Below, piece after piece: positions 30,482 to 38,432 of a DNA stretch of 64,000 nt. The position numbers were made by a program, and so were the translations under genes. Under the pieces are notes generated by a model. It was not told the origin of the DNA, did not search any database, and saw nothing but the letters and a program-made list of their open reading frames with translations. Location: positions 6,687 to 70,686 of the forward strand of contig JBPOHQ010000004.1 of the NCBI GenBank assembly GCA_052035405.1, written 5' to 3'. Position 1 is the stretch's first letter, and each line of letters starts with the position of its first letter. The DNA is from Candidatus Nomurabacteria bacterium (lineage in GTDB: Bacteria > Patescibacteriota > Minisyncoccia > Phycocordibacterales > UBA9973).

Positions 30482-30744
30482 GCTGTATGAAAGTCTAATT
30501 TCTTTTTCAAGAATTGAATAAGTAAAAATGTAAGTAAACAAACAAAACTGACTACAAATACTTCATTAAAGAATTTTGTTTCTATGCTTCCATAAAGTGC
30601 CTCTTGCATAGTGATGAGGACTACTCCTTCGACAAAAAAGGAAAAATACACCATACACAGAACACAGAGAACTGCAGAAAACCAAAATGGCATAAAGAGT
30701 AATGAAAGTAAAAGGATTATTGAAGCAAAAATTCGTAGCAGCAT
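30478..30744 (-). CDS. Small membrane protein (possible reduced MreD)
   Basis: Fully hydrophobic; translationally coupled to the PBP2 gene. Confidence 0.55.
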   Translation of the reverse strand: MLLRIFASIILLLSLLFMPFWFSAVLCVLCMVYFSFFVEGVVLITMQEALYGSIETKFFNEVFVVSFVCLLTFLLIQFLKKKLDFHTA

Positions 30745-30773
30745 ATCCTTATCTTAACCTCCTTTGCTTGAAA

Positions 30774-31619
30774 TTACAAAAATTTGTTCCAGAGAAATCT
30801 TAGTAAGAGAAAAAGAACAAAGATACCAAGTCCATAAAATAACAGTTTGCTTGCTAAAATATAAGCAAATATAGTGTAAAAGAACATCTCTACGTAGATT
30901 AACGGCTTAGAGCTGCTGCTCTCTTCTGTGGTTTTTACTCCTGTTGTATTGCTTTTAACATCTGTACTTTTAGTGCTTTCTCTGTCTAATGCTGCGAGCT
31001 CTTCTTTTGCTGTATCTCTCTTGATCTCTGTTTTTATAGTTAATTCCTCTCGAAAGTTTTCTATAGCATTTGCAGTATTCACGACAGGTGTCGCGATGGC
31101 TTCAGGCGTGTTTTCTAGAATACTCTGTTGTATTTTACTTATCTGACTGTTTGCTTGGGTTACCCCCTCTTTGACTGTATCTTTTGCTTCGTCTATCACC
31201 TTTTTCTTTGTTTGAATAATACTTTTTTCAGACTGACTTTCCTCTAAAGATGCTACTTCGTATTTGCCGTTTGGTAGTAAAAATTTAGCATCTTCTATCT
31301 TTGCAAAAATTTCATGATTCCCAAAAGTCACTGTCCAGTCTACAGAAACATACTGAGCTTCTTTTGGTTTTACTGTAAAACTTTTTTTGCCTAATAAAAG
31401 TGTGTTGTCATAAAAAAGAACTGTTCCAGAAAATGTTTTTACATCAGGATTAAATATGAGAGTATATACTTTTATTACATCGTCTTCTTCGAATGGTTCT
31501 TTCGAAAACCAAATTGGTGCTTTTATAAAACCAGGACTAGCTGCAGTAGCGTAAAATCTTGATGGTAAGCCCAAACCAATCAATAAGAGCAGGATAAAAA
31601 AACTATACTTATATTTCAT
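30774..31619 (-). CDS. Secreted/anchored hypothetical protein with Ig-like domain
   Basis: Signal peptide, beta-rich domain, C-terminal TM. Confidence 0.7.
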   Translation of the reverse strand: MKYKYSFFILLLLIGLGLPSRFYATAASPGFIKAPIWFSKEPFEEDDVIKVYTLIFNPDVKTFSGTVLFYDNTLLLGKKSFTVKPKEAQYVSVDWTVTFGNHEIFAKIEDAKFLLPNGKYEVASLEESQSEKSIIQTKKKVIDEAKDTVKEGVTQANSQISKIQQSILENTPEAIATPVVNTANAIENFREELTIKTEIKRDTAKEELAALDRESTKSTDVKSNTTGVKTTEESSSSKPLIYVEMFFYTIFAYILASKLLFYGLGIFVLFLLLRFLWNKFL

Positions 31620-32496
31620 AATTGAAATTATACAATATATTTACTATCTTCTCTACATCTTTAAACCTTCCATCAATTGATGATCCTAATACTGTCACTG
31701 CGATAAAATGATTTCTTCTGTCTTTAAAGATTACACTTAAGTTACCCCCAGCGAGTTTTGTAAAACCTGTTTTTGAGAAAATAATATTTGGAATTTTTTC
31801 CAGTGAAGTATTTCTGTTAAAAACTAAATATTTCTTGCCTGATTCAGAGACAAACTCTGCTTCTTTTTTTGTAGTTACGTTAAAAATATCGGGGTATGCA
31901 AGTACTGCGTACAGAGACATTGTATTAGCATCTTCTGCTGTTCCATATGAACCAGGATTATATAAATCTATATCAAGCCCTGTGGAATTATAAAAATTTG
32001 TATTTTTCATGCCTATTTTATGTGCTTTTTCGTTCATACTTTTTAAAAAATTCGGTTTCGGTTCCAACAGTGTATAAGCACCTTCATTAGAGGAAGATAA
32101 TATGGTATACCGAGCAAGACTTTGCACTTCCCATCTATCACCCACTGAGAGAATTCCTCCACCTTCTTGTTTAGATGACTCTGGTGAAATTATTTTATAA
32201 TCTTCTCTGTTGATTTTACTTAGTGTGGTAAGTACGGTCATCGTCTTGCCAAGAGAAGCAAAAGGCATGAGTACGGACTCATTTTTGCCATATAATTTTT
32301 TATTTTTTGTACTGTCAAAAACAGAGATAGCTTTAGCTTCAAATGGAGTTTTATTTAGTTCTTCGACTAATAAAGCTTCTCTTAGCTCTTCTTTTTGTGC
32401 TTTTTGTTGAAAGTTTTTTTCTTGAATCATTCCGTAATAACAAAAAATTGCAAGCACAATAAGACTAAAAATAAGTGTATTTTCGTATTTCTTCAT
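31609..32496 (-). CDS. D-alanyl-D-alanine carboxypeptidase (S11)
   Basis: ASLGK (SxxK), SSN, KTG. Confidence 0.9.
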   Translation of the reverse strand: MKKYENTLIFSLIVLAIFCYYGMIQEKNFQQKAQKEELREALLVEELNKTPFEAKAISVFDSTKNKKLYGKNESVLMPFASLGKTMTVLTTLSKINREDYKIISPESSKQEGGGILSVGDRWEVQSLARYTILSSSNEGAYTLLEPKPNFLKSMNEKAHKIGMKNTNFYNSTGLDIDLYNPGSYGTAEDANTMSLYAVLAYPDIFNVTTKKEAEFVSESGKKYLVFNRNTSLEKIPNIIFSKTGFTKLAGGNLSVIFKDRRNHFIAVTVLGSSIDGRFKDVEKIVNILYNFNYEI

Positions 32497-32498
32497 GT

Positions 32499-33071
32499 TT
32501 ATTTATTAGTAATATTTGCTTTTTCCTGATTTTCCTGAGTTGTATACACGTCTTCTTTTAAACTGTTTAAGTCTCTCTGAGTTTCTAAATACATAGGCAA
32601 CTCAGCGATAGTTGATAACCCTAAGTAAGCTAATAAGTCAAAAGTAGCTTTATACAGATACTTTCTTGAATCTTTTGGGTCAGGTATTTTCTCTATGAGA
32701 CCCCTAACTGATAAAGCTCTCAATGTAAAACTAGAATTTACTCCACGTATGTAGTCTATATCTTGACGACTTGCTCCGTTTTTATACAAAATAATAGACA
32801 ATGTTTCTAAACTCGCCTTACTGAGGTCCTTATTTAATTCTTCTTTTTGTAAGGTTTCTATCATTTCGCCAAATTGCGGTGCGGTTGCGAGCATGACCTC
32901 GTCTTCCTTTTGGACTAAAATAATTCCTCTGTTTTCATATTTTTGTTTAAGCAATATCAAACCTTCTCCTATCTCTTCTGTTGAGACTTTTAAAATCTCA
33001 CTCAATTTTCTGATTGATGTTGCTTCGTTTCTAAAAAAAAGTATCGCCTCGATGGCTTGGTCTAATTGCAT
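32499..33071 (-). CDS. scpB: SMC segregation/condensation protein B
   Basis: IEAILF, LS.ASLETLSII.Y, R.DIDYIRGVNS. Confidence 0.95.
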   Translation of the reverse strand: MQLDQAIEAILFFRNEATSIRKLSEILKVSTEEIGEGLILLKQKYENRGIILVQKEDEVMLATAPQFGEMIETLQKEELNKDLSKASLETLSIILYKNGASRQDIDYIRGVNSSFTLRALSVRGLIEKIPDPKDSRKYLYKATFDLLAYLGLSTIAELPMYLETQRDLNSLKEDVYTTQENQEKANITNK

Positions 33072-33074
33072 AAA

Positions 33075-33839
33075 TTATTCTTCGTTTAAAATTATTTCTG
33101 TACCTATATCTTCTCGCTTGTTTATAATTATATCTTCAAAATTATTTTCTTGTATCACATGTACAACCCCCACTCTGACTAATTCAAGCATTGCGAGAAA
33201 GCTCACAATCACAGTGACTTTTTCTTCTTTTGTGACACCAATTCCAGCAAACTCTTTAAAGTTCATGTTTAAGGATTTGTGAATCCTGTCTGTTAGTCTA
33301 TCTATCATCTCCTCTATGCTAACCACTTTTTTAACTTCTACCTCAGGCAAGAAAACTTTTTTAGGTATTTTGTTAATGAGCTCTTGCGCTAGCACCATCA
33401 TATTCTGAGCGGTAATTCTCTCGTCTGGTAAAAAAACCAAAACAGAATTTTTTGACTCCATTGCCGGAAAAATAATATTTTTACCAAAAGTAGTTTTAAT
33501 ATGTACTGCTAATTCTGAGTATAGTTTATAGAGCTTTAATCTGTCCTCTAGGTTTTTTATATCTTTCTCTTCTTCTTCGAGTAATGTAAGTCCTGGTAAT
33601 AGAGATTTTGATTTTATTAAAATAAGAGTTGAAGCAATACTAATAAAACTTGCTATTTCGTCTCGAGGCATGTCTTCTATGGAATTTACATAGGCGATGT
33701 AGTCTTCAGTAACGCTTGCCAAGGACACGTCATTGATGAAAAGTTTCCTTTCTTCGATGAGTCTTAGCAAAAGACCAAAAGGACCCTCAAATACAGGAGT
33801 TTTTACTTTATAGGTGCCTTCTAAAATTTCATTTTCCAC
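33075..33839 (-). CDS. scpA: SMC segregation/condensation protein A (kleisin)
   Basis: FEGPFGLLL.LI, L.LIKSKSLLP, FLAMLEL; GTG start inferred at 33839. Confidence 0.92.
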   Translation of the reverse strand: MENEILEGTYKVKTPVFEGPFGLLLRLIEERKLFINDVSLASVTEDYIAYVNSIEDMPRDEIASFISIASTLILIKSKSLLPGLTLLEEEEKDIKNLEDRLKLYKLYSELAVHIKTTFGKNIIFPAMESKNSVLVFLPDERITAQNMMVLAQELINKIPKKVFLPEVEVKKVVSIEEMIDRLTDRIHKSLNMNFKEFAGIGVTKEEKVTVIVSFLAMLELVRVGVVHVIQENNFEDIIINKREDIGTEIILNEE

Positions 33840-33845
33840 TTTTTT

Positions 33846-33855
33846 ATGGTACCAT
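33846..33855. promoter_or_regulatory. Palindromic bidirectional extended -10 (ATGGTACCAT)
   Basis: Reads TGnTACCAT on both strands, 6 nt from each start codon. Confidence 0.65.
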
Positions 33856-33861
33856 TTCTGC

Positions 33862-36477
33862 ATGCAAAATAAAAGACAAAGCAATACAAAAGCAAAGAAC
33901 GTCAGACTTTCAAAAGATGTAATTCCGACAGAATATGACATAACCCTTCGTCCAGATTTAGAGAATTTTACATTTGAAGGAGTAGAGACTGTTAGTATTT
34001 CTATAACTAAAAAAACGAAAATTCTAACCCTACACTCTAAAGAAATAGATATAGAGACTGCAAGTATTTTAAATAAAAAAGAAAAAATCTTTGCTACTAA
34101 AATTTCTTACGACACACACTCAGAAACAGCAACTTTTTTCTTTAAAGATTTTTTATTACCTGGAAAAACGAAACTTACCCTAGTCTTCAAAGGAATTCTA
34201 AATGATAAAATGCGTGGATTTTATAAATCCACTTATCAGGTTGATGGTAAGGTTTTTAATATGGCAACTACTCAATTTGAGGCAACTGACGCACGACGTG
34301 CATTTCCATGCTTTGACGAACCAGCACAAAAAGCAATATTCCACGTATCACTCATTGTTCCAAAGGGCAAAACAGCAATTTCAAATACATTACCAGTATC
34401 TAGTTTGGAACACTCTGACGGATATGAAGTTGTAAAATTCTCCCCTACTCCAAAAATGTCGACCTACCTCCTCGCTTTTATTATTGGTGACTTTGAGTAT
34501 TTAGAATCAAAAAGTAAAAATGGTGTGCAGGTGCGAGTATTCACTACTCCAGGCAAGAAACATCAAGCAGAATTTGCACTAGCTTGTGCTGTCAAAACTC
34601 TAGACTTTTATGAAGAATACTTCGCTATTAAGTATCCTTTACCAGTACTGGATATGATCGCCATACCCGACTTTGCTTCAGGTGCTATGGAGAACTGGGG
34701 TGCAATTACCTATAGAGAAAGTGCTTTGCTTGTAGATGAGGAAAAATCTTCTGCGTCAAACAAGCAATGGGTGGCACTTGTGATTGCTCACGAGCTTGCT
34801 CATCAGTGGTTTGGAAATCTTGTGACCATGGAATGGTGGACTCATTTATGGCTTAATGAAGGCTTTGCTTCATATATAGAATATCTCGCAGTAGATAAAC
34901 TTTTCCCTCATTGGGATATTTGGACTCAATTCTCGACTCATGACCTTGGCGTAGCACTACGACTCGACGCACTTCAACACACCCATTCTATAGAAATTCC
35001 AGTACATCATCCAGATGAGATTGGTGAGATTTTTGACGAAGTTTCGTATTCAAAAGGTGCTTCGGTTATCCGTATGCTCGGAGACTACTTAGGGGAAGAA
35101 AAGTTTCGTGATGGACTCAGATATTATCTGAAGAAACATAGCTATAAGAATACTGAAACAGAACACCTCTGGGAAGCATTTGAAAAAGTATCCCTCGGCC
35201 GTAGACCGGCCACGGGCGAGGCAAAAAAACCAACAATTATGCAACTCATGAAAAACTGGACGAGTTTACCTGGATACCCAGTGATTGAAGCAAAAAGTAA
35301 TAAAAATAAACTAGAACTTTCCCAGAGTAGGTTCTTTGGAAGTCCTATTTCTAAAACAAAATCAAAAGACAAAACTACTTGGTCTGTCCCTGTTTCGATT
35401 GGGATGCAAAATAAGACTGATAAAATACTTCTATCATCAAAAAACACAACAGTAACCTTACCTGAGACTTGGATCAAAATAAACATAGGCGAAGCCGGAT
35501 TTTACAGAACTTCCTATTCTAAAGATTTACTGGAAAAACTTATCTCCCCTGTTTTAAATAAAGAAATATCTGCAAGAGATAGACTTGGCATAGTTCGCGA
35601 CCTTTTTGCTCTATCTGAAGCAGGGATTATTATTACTAGTGATGTTTTAGAATTTCTTTATGCATATAAAAATGAAGATAATTATAGTGTGTGGCTTGAA
35701 ATAGCCATGGGTCTCGCTCGAATCGAACAGCTTGTAGCAAAATCTAAAGCAGAAGAAAAATTAGACGCATACATAAGGAAACTATTTACTCCCCTACTAG
35801 AAAGACTAACTTGGGAAAAGAAAGATGGAGAACCTCATTCAGATACATTACTACGCTCTTTAGCTATTTCTAGGCTCGGTAGGTCTCTAGATGAAAAAGT
35901 TATCCATAAAGCAAAATACCTGGTTGCTTCTATTCAAAAAGGAGAACAAGTAAATCCAGACATACGTGGTGCGTTGTATACTGTCGTTGCAAATAATGGC
36001 GGAATAAAAGAATATAATGCTTTTGTAGTTCAATACAAAAAAGAGACTCTTCATGAAGAGAAAAATCGTATTGGTAACGCTCTTGGGGACTTTAAGGACA
36101 AAGAGATCCTTTGTTTAACAGCAAACTTTGCATTGTCTTCTGATGTACGCACTCAAGATACGATAAGTATGCTTCACTCTGTTGGTTCCAACCCTTACGG
36201 TAGGGATGTTTGGGTCACTTGCATTAAAACTAATTGGAAAACTTTCTTGTCTCGTTATGGTGATGGAGGACATACTCTCGGTAGGCTTGTAAAAGCCATC
36301 AGTGCAAGTCCTGAGAAGAAACATTTAACATTCTTCCAAACATTCTTTAAAACCCATGAAGCACCCGGAGCAACTCGAGCAATAGAACAAGTAAAAGAAA
36401 GACTTGAGTCAAACATCGCCTGGCTTGCCCGAGATGGAAAAATAATTGACAAAACACTTGCCCGTATGTTAAATTAA
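33862..36477 (+). CDS. pepN: M1 aminopeptidase N
   Basis: TQFEATDARRAFPCFDEP, GAMENWG, HELAH-x18-E, YSKG; start ATG 33862. Confidence 0.96.
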   Translation: MQNKRQSNTKAKNVRLSKDVIPTEYDITLRPDLENFTFEGVETVSISITKKTKILTLHSKEIDIETASILNKKEKIFATKISYDTHSETATFFFKDFLLPGKTKLTLVFKGILNDKMRGFYKSTYQVDGKVFNMATTQFEATDARRAFPCFDEPAQKAIFHVSLIVPKGKTAISNTLPVSSLEHSDGYEVVKFSPTPKMSTYLLAFIIGDFEYLESKSKNGVQVRVFTTPGKKHQAEFALACAVKTLDFYEEYFAIKYPLPVLDMIAIPDFASGAMENWGAITYRESALLVDEEKSSASNKQWVALVIAHELAHQWFGNLVTMEWWTHLWLNEGFASYIEYLAVDKLFPHWDIWTQFSTHDLGVALRLDALQHTHSIEIPVHHPDEIGEIFDEVSYSKGASVIRMLGDYLGEEKFRDGLRYYLKKHSYKNTETEHLWEAFEKVSLGRRPATGEAKKPTIMQLMKNWTSLPGYPVIEAKSNKNKLELSQSRFFGSPISKTKSKDKTTWSVPVSIGMQNKTDKILLSSKNTTVTLPETWIKINIGEAGFYRTSYSKDLLEKLISPVLNKEISARDRLGIVRDLFALSEAGIIITSDVLEFLYAYKNEDNYSVWLEIAMGLARIEQLVAKSKAEEKLDAYIRKLFTPLLERLTWEKKDGEPHSDTLLRSLAISRLGRSLDEKVIHKAKYLVASIQKGEQVNPDIRGALYTVVANNGGIKEYNAFVVQYKKETLHEEKNRIGNALGDFKDKEILCLTANFALSSDVRTQDTISMLHSVGSNPYGRDVWVTCIKTNWKTFLSRYGDGGHTLGRLVKAISASPEKKHLTFFQTFFKTHEAPGATRAIEQVKERLESNIAWLARDGKIIDKTLARMLN
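35193..35222. repeat. GC-rich palindromic micro-element, copy 2, in-frame in pepN
   Basis: CCTCGGCCGTAGACCGGCCACGGGCGAGGC, 30 nt. Confidence 0.8.
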
Positions 36478-36482
36478 TCTTA

Positions 36483-36566
36483 ATGAATTTTGATATTACA
36501 GTAAACCAAATATCTTTCCGACGACGGAACTCACTTTCTCGTGAGTTCACTTCAGAGTATTTGTAA
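36483..36566 (+). CDS. 27-aa Arg-codon leader peptide
   Basis: MNFDITVNQISFRRRNSLSREFTSEYL*, tandem CGA CGA CGG. Confidence 0.75.
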   Translation: MNFDITVNQISFRRRNSLSREFTSEYL

Positions 36567-36622
36567 TATCTTCTCTAGACTACAAATTTTCAAAAGTGAC
36601 CTCATGAAGAGGTCACTTTTTT
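36527..36622 (+). promoter_or_regulatory. Ribosome-mediated transcription attenuator
   Basis: 1:2 GAACTCAC/GTGAGTTC; 2:3 CGTGAGTTCACTT/AAGTGACCTCATG; 3:4 AAAAGTGACCTC/GAGGTCACTTTT + T run. Confidence 0.75.
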
Positions 36623-36655
36623 GTTCACCCGTTCTTCAAAAAAAAAAGAAATATC

Positions 36656-37177
36656 ATGCAAATATTCACATTTAACAATGGCAATCCTGAACTCGAAAGT
36701 TATCTATCTTGGTGGATTGCTGCCACCCAAAGAGAACCGCATATGGTATCTCTTGATGAAAGTTTTAGAGTTGACTTATTGCATGCCGTTATTGCAATAG
36801 AAGATGGTAGACCCATAGGAGCGGCAGCTATCGTTCCGGCTCGTACAGCATTGCACGAACCAATACAGTTTGGACCTAAAATGGTTGTCGAACTCGGTTC
36901 TAACTTTGTTGAGCCAGACTTTAGGAGAAATGGTTTGGCACGTGCTTTTGTAGAAGAAAGGATACGTGTATCACGTGAATACAACTGGTTTCCAGTTAGT
37001 GTAACCACAAACCCGGCAGTCCAAAGTTTATTTAGGAATATTGGCGGTAAGCCAATAGACGAAGAAGATTTATTAGAGTTTCAGGATTTAAAGAAAAAGT
37101 TATGTATGTGTCAGAATGGTCCAGGTCAATGTAACTTTTGCCCATTTACTAAAAATGCAGCATGGTACTTCCCTTAA
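36656..37177 (+). CDS. GNAT N-acetyltransferase (possibly short ArgA-like) with C-terminal Cys cluster
   Basis: V.P.FRRNGLARAFV acetyl-CoA motif A; CMC......CNFCP. Confidence 0.8.
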   Translation: MQIFTFNNGNPELESYLSWWIAATQREPHMVSLDESFRVDLLHAVIAIEDGRPIGAAAIVPARTALHEPIQFGPKMVVELGSNFVEPDFRRNGLARAFVEERIRVSREYNWFPVSVTTNPAVQSLFRNIGGKPIDEEDLLEFQDLKKKLCMCQNGPGQCNFCPFTKNAAWYFP

Positions 37178-37180
37178 ACC

Positions 37181-37214
37181 AAACAGGTTAATTGCCCCAA
37201 TTAACCTGTTTTTT
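37181..37214 (+). terminator. Intrinsic terminator overlapping the next promoter
   Basis: AAACAGGTTAATTG-CCC-CAATTAACCTGTTT + T run, then TATAAT. Confidence 0.8.
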
Positions 37215-37230
37215 GTATAATACAAGTCAT

Positions 37231-38085
37231 ATGGATAAAAATAAATGGTTTGAAAAATTTGAGAAAGGATACACATTAAAAGGGGCAAAAAAAGGGCCTA
37301 GAAGTGTTATATTTGCAGGTATACATGGAAACGAAGTATGTGGAGTAGAAGCTTTTTATAATGTTGTGCCGAACCTTAGTTTAGACGCCGGAGAAGTATA
37401 TTTTGTATTTGGTAACCCAGAAGCTGTCAAAAAAAACACTAGGTTTACTGAATTTAATATAAATCGAGCTTTCAAAGAAGCTAAATTTTATAATTCTAAA
37501 ATTAAGAAAACATATGAATACAAGCGTGCTCAGTATTTGAAAAAATTCCTAAATAAAGCTGAAGTGCTTTTAGACATACACTCAACGACCAACCCTGGGA
37601 GTAAACCTTTTGTTATTGCTGAGAAAAACTCAAAAAACATCACGCAACACTTTACTAAAAAATTTGTCCGTGAAGTTAGAGGTTTTGGAGATATTGAACC
37701 AGGAGCTACTGAAGACTACATGAACTTCAGAAATAAAATTGGTATCACTATTGAATGTGGTCAACATGAAGACACTAAATCCATAGAAATAGCTAAAGAT
37801 ACTTTACTAACTTTCCTAGAAGTAAGAGGTCATACCCTAAATAAGAGGATTAAAGTAAAAAATACTAGACCTGTTTTTAAGGTAGAAAGATTATATCTAA
37901 CTAAAACAGAAAATTTTACACTGAAAAAGCAATTTATAGATTTTAGTCCAATTAAAAAAGGTACTATCATAGGTGCCGACGGAGAAGAAATTATAAAGTC
38001 AGACCGAGATGGTGTTATCGTATTTGCTCATAATTGTAAAGGTACGGGTCAAGAAGCATTTATCTTGGGTAAGCAATTAAAGTAG
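37231..38085 (+). CDS. Succinylglutamate desuccinylase/aspartoacylase (M14) family
   Basis: GIHGNE, GNP.A, INRAF, LDIHS, IECGQH; start ATG 37231. Confidence 0.9.
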   Translation: MDKNKWFEKFEKGYTLKGAKKGPRSVIFAGIHGNEVCGVEAFYNVVPNLSLDAGEVYFVFGNPEAVKKNTRFTEFNINRAFKEAKFYNSKIKKTYEYKRAQYLKKFLNKAEVLLDIHSTTNPGSKPFVIAEKNSKNITQHFTKKFVREVRGFGDIEPGATEDYMNFRNKIGITIECGQHEDTKSIEIAKDTLLTFLEVRGHTLNKRIKVKNTRPVFKVERLYLTKTENFTLKKQFIDFSPIKKGTIIGADGEEIIKSDRDGVIVFAHNCKGTGQEAFILGKQLK

Positions 38086-38089
38086 TTTC

Positions 38090-38431
38090 TTACAAAATAG
38101 CATTTATTTTGGCTGCAACTATATAATCATTTTCTGAGAGTCCAGAAATAGAATGAGTCCATAAAGTAACAAGAACTTTCTTGTAATCATGCAAAAAGAT
38201 ATCTGGATGATGACCCTCCATCTCTGCAATATCCCCTACTCTATTTACAAAGTCGAGTGCTTTGACAAAGTTTTTAAATTCAAATTCCCTTGAGATTTTT
38301 TGCGGAAGTCCAACTTCGGCAAGAGTCCAACCTTTCACATCTACCATGTATTCTTCTGCACGCTCACGGTCAAAAGGCTTTATTCCTTTTTTCTCACATG
38401 GTACACATTTTTTCTTGGTTAGATCTGCCAT
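38090..38431 (-). CDS. Pterin-4-alpha-carbinolamine dehydratase
   Basis: F.FKNF..A..FVN, EGHHPDI, WTHSI.GLSEND. Confidence 0.95.
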   Translation of the reverse strand: MADLTKKKCVPCEKKGIKPFDRERAEEYMVDVKGWTLAEVGLPQKISREFEFKNFVKALDFVNRVGDIAEMEGHHPDIFLHDYKKVLVTLWTHSISGLSENDYIVAAKINAIL

Positions 38432-38432
38432 A

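Noticed and set aside
33814-33941. Apparent head-to-head overlap of scpA and pepN
   Set aside because: Artefact of longest-ORF starts; starts at 33839 and 33862 remove the overlap.
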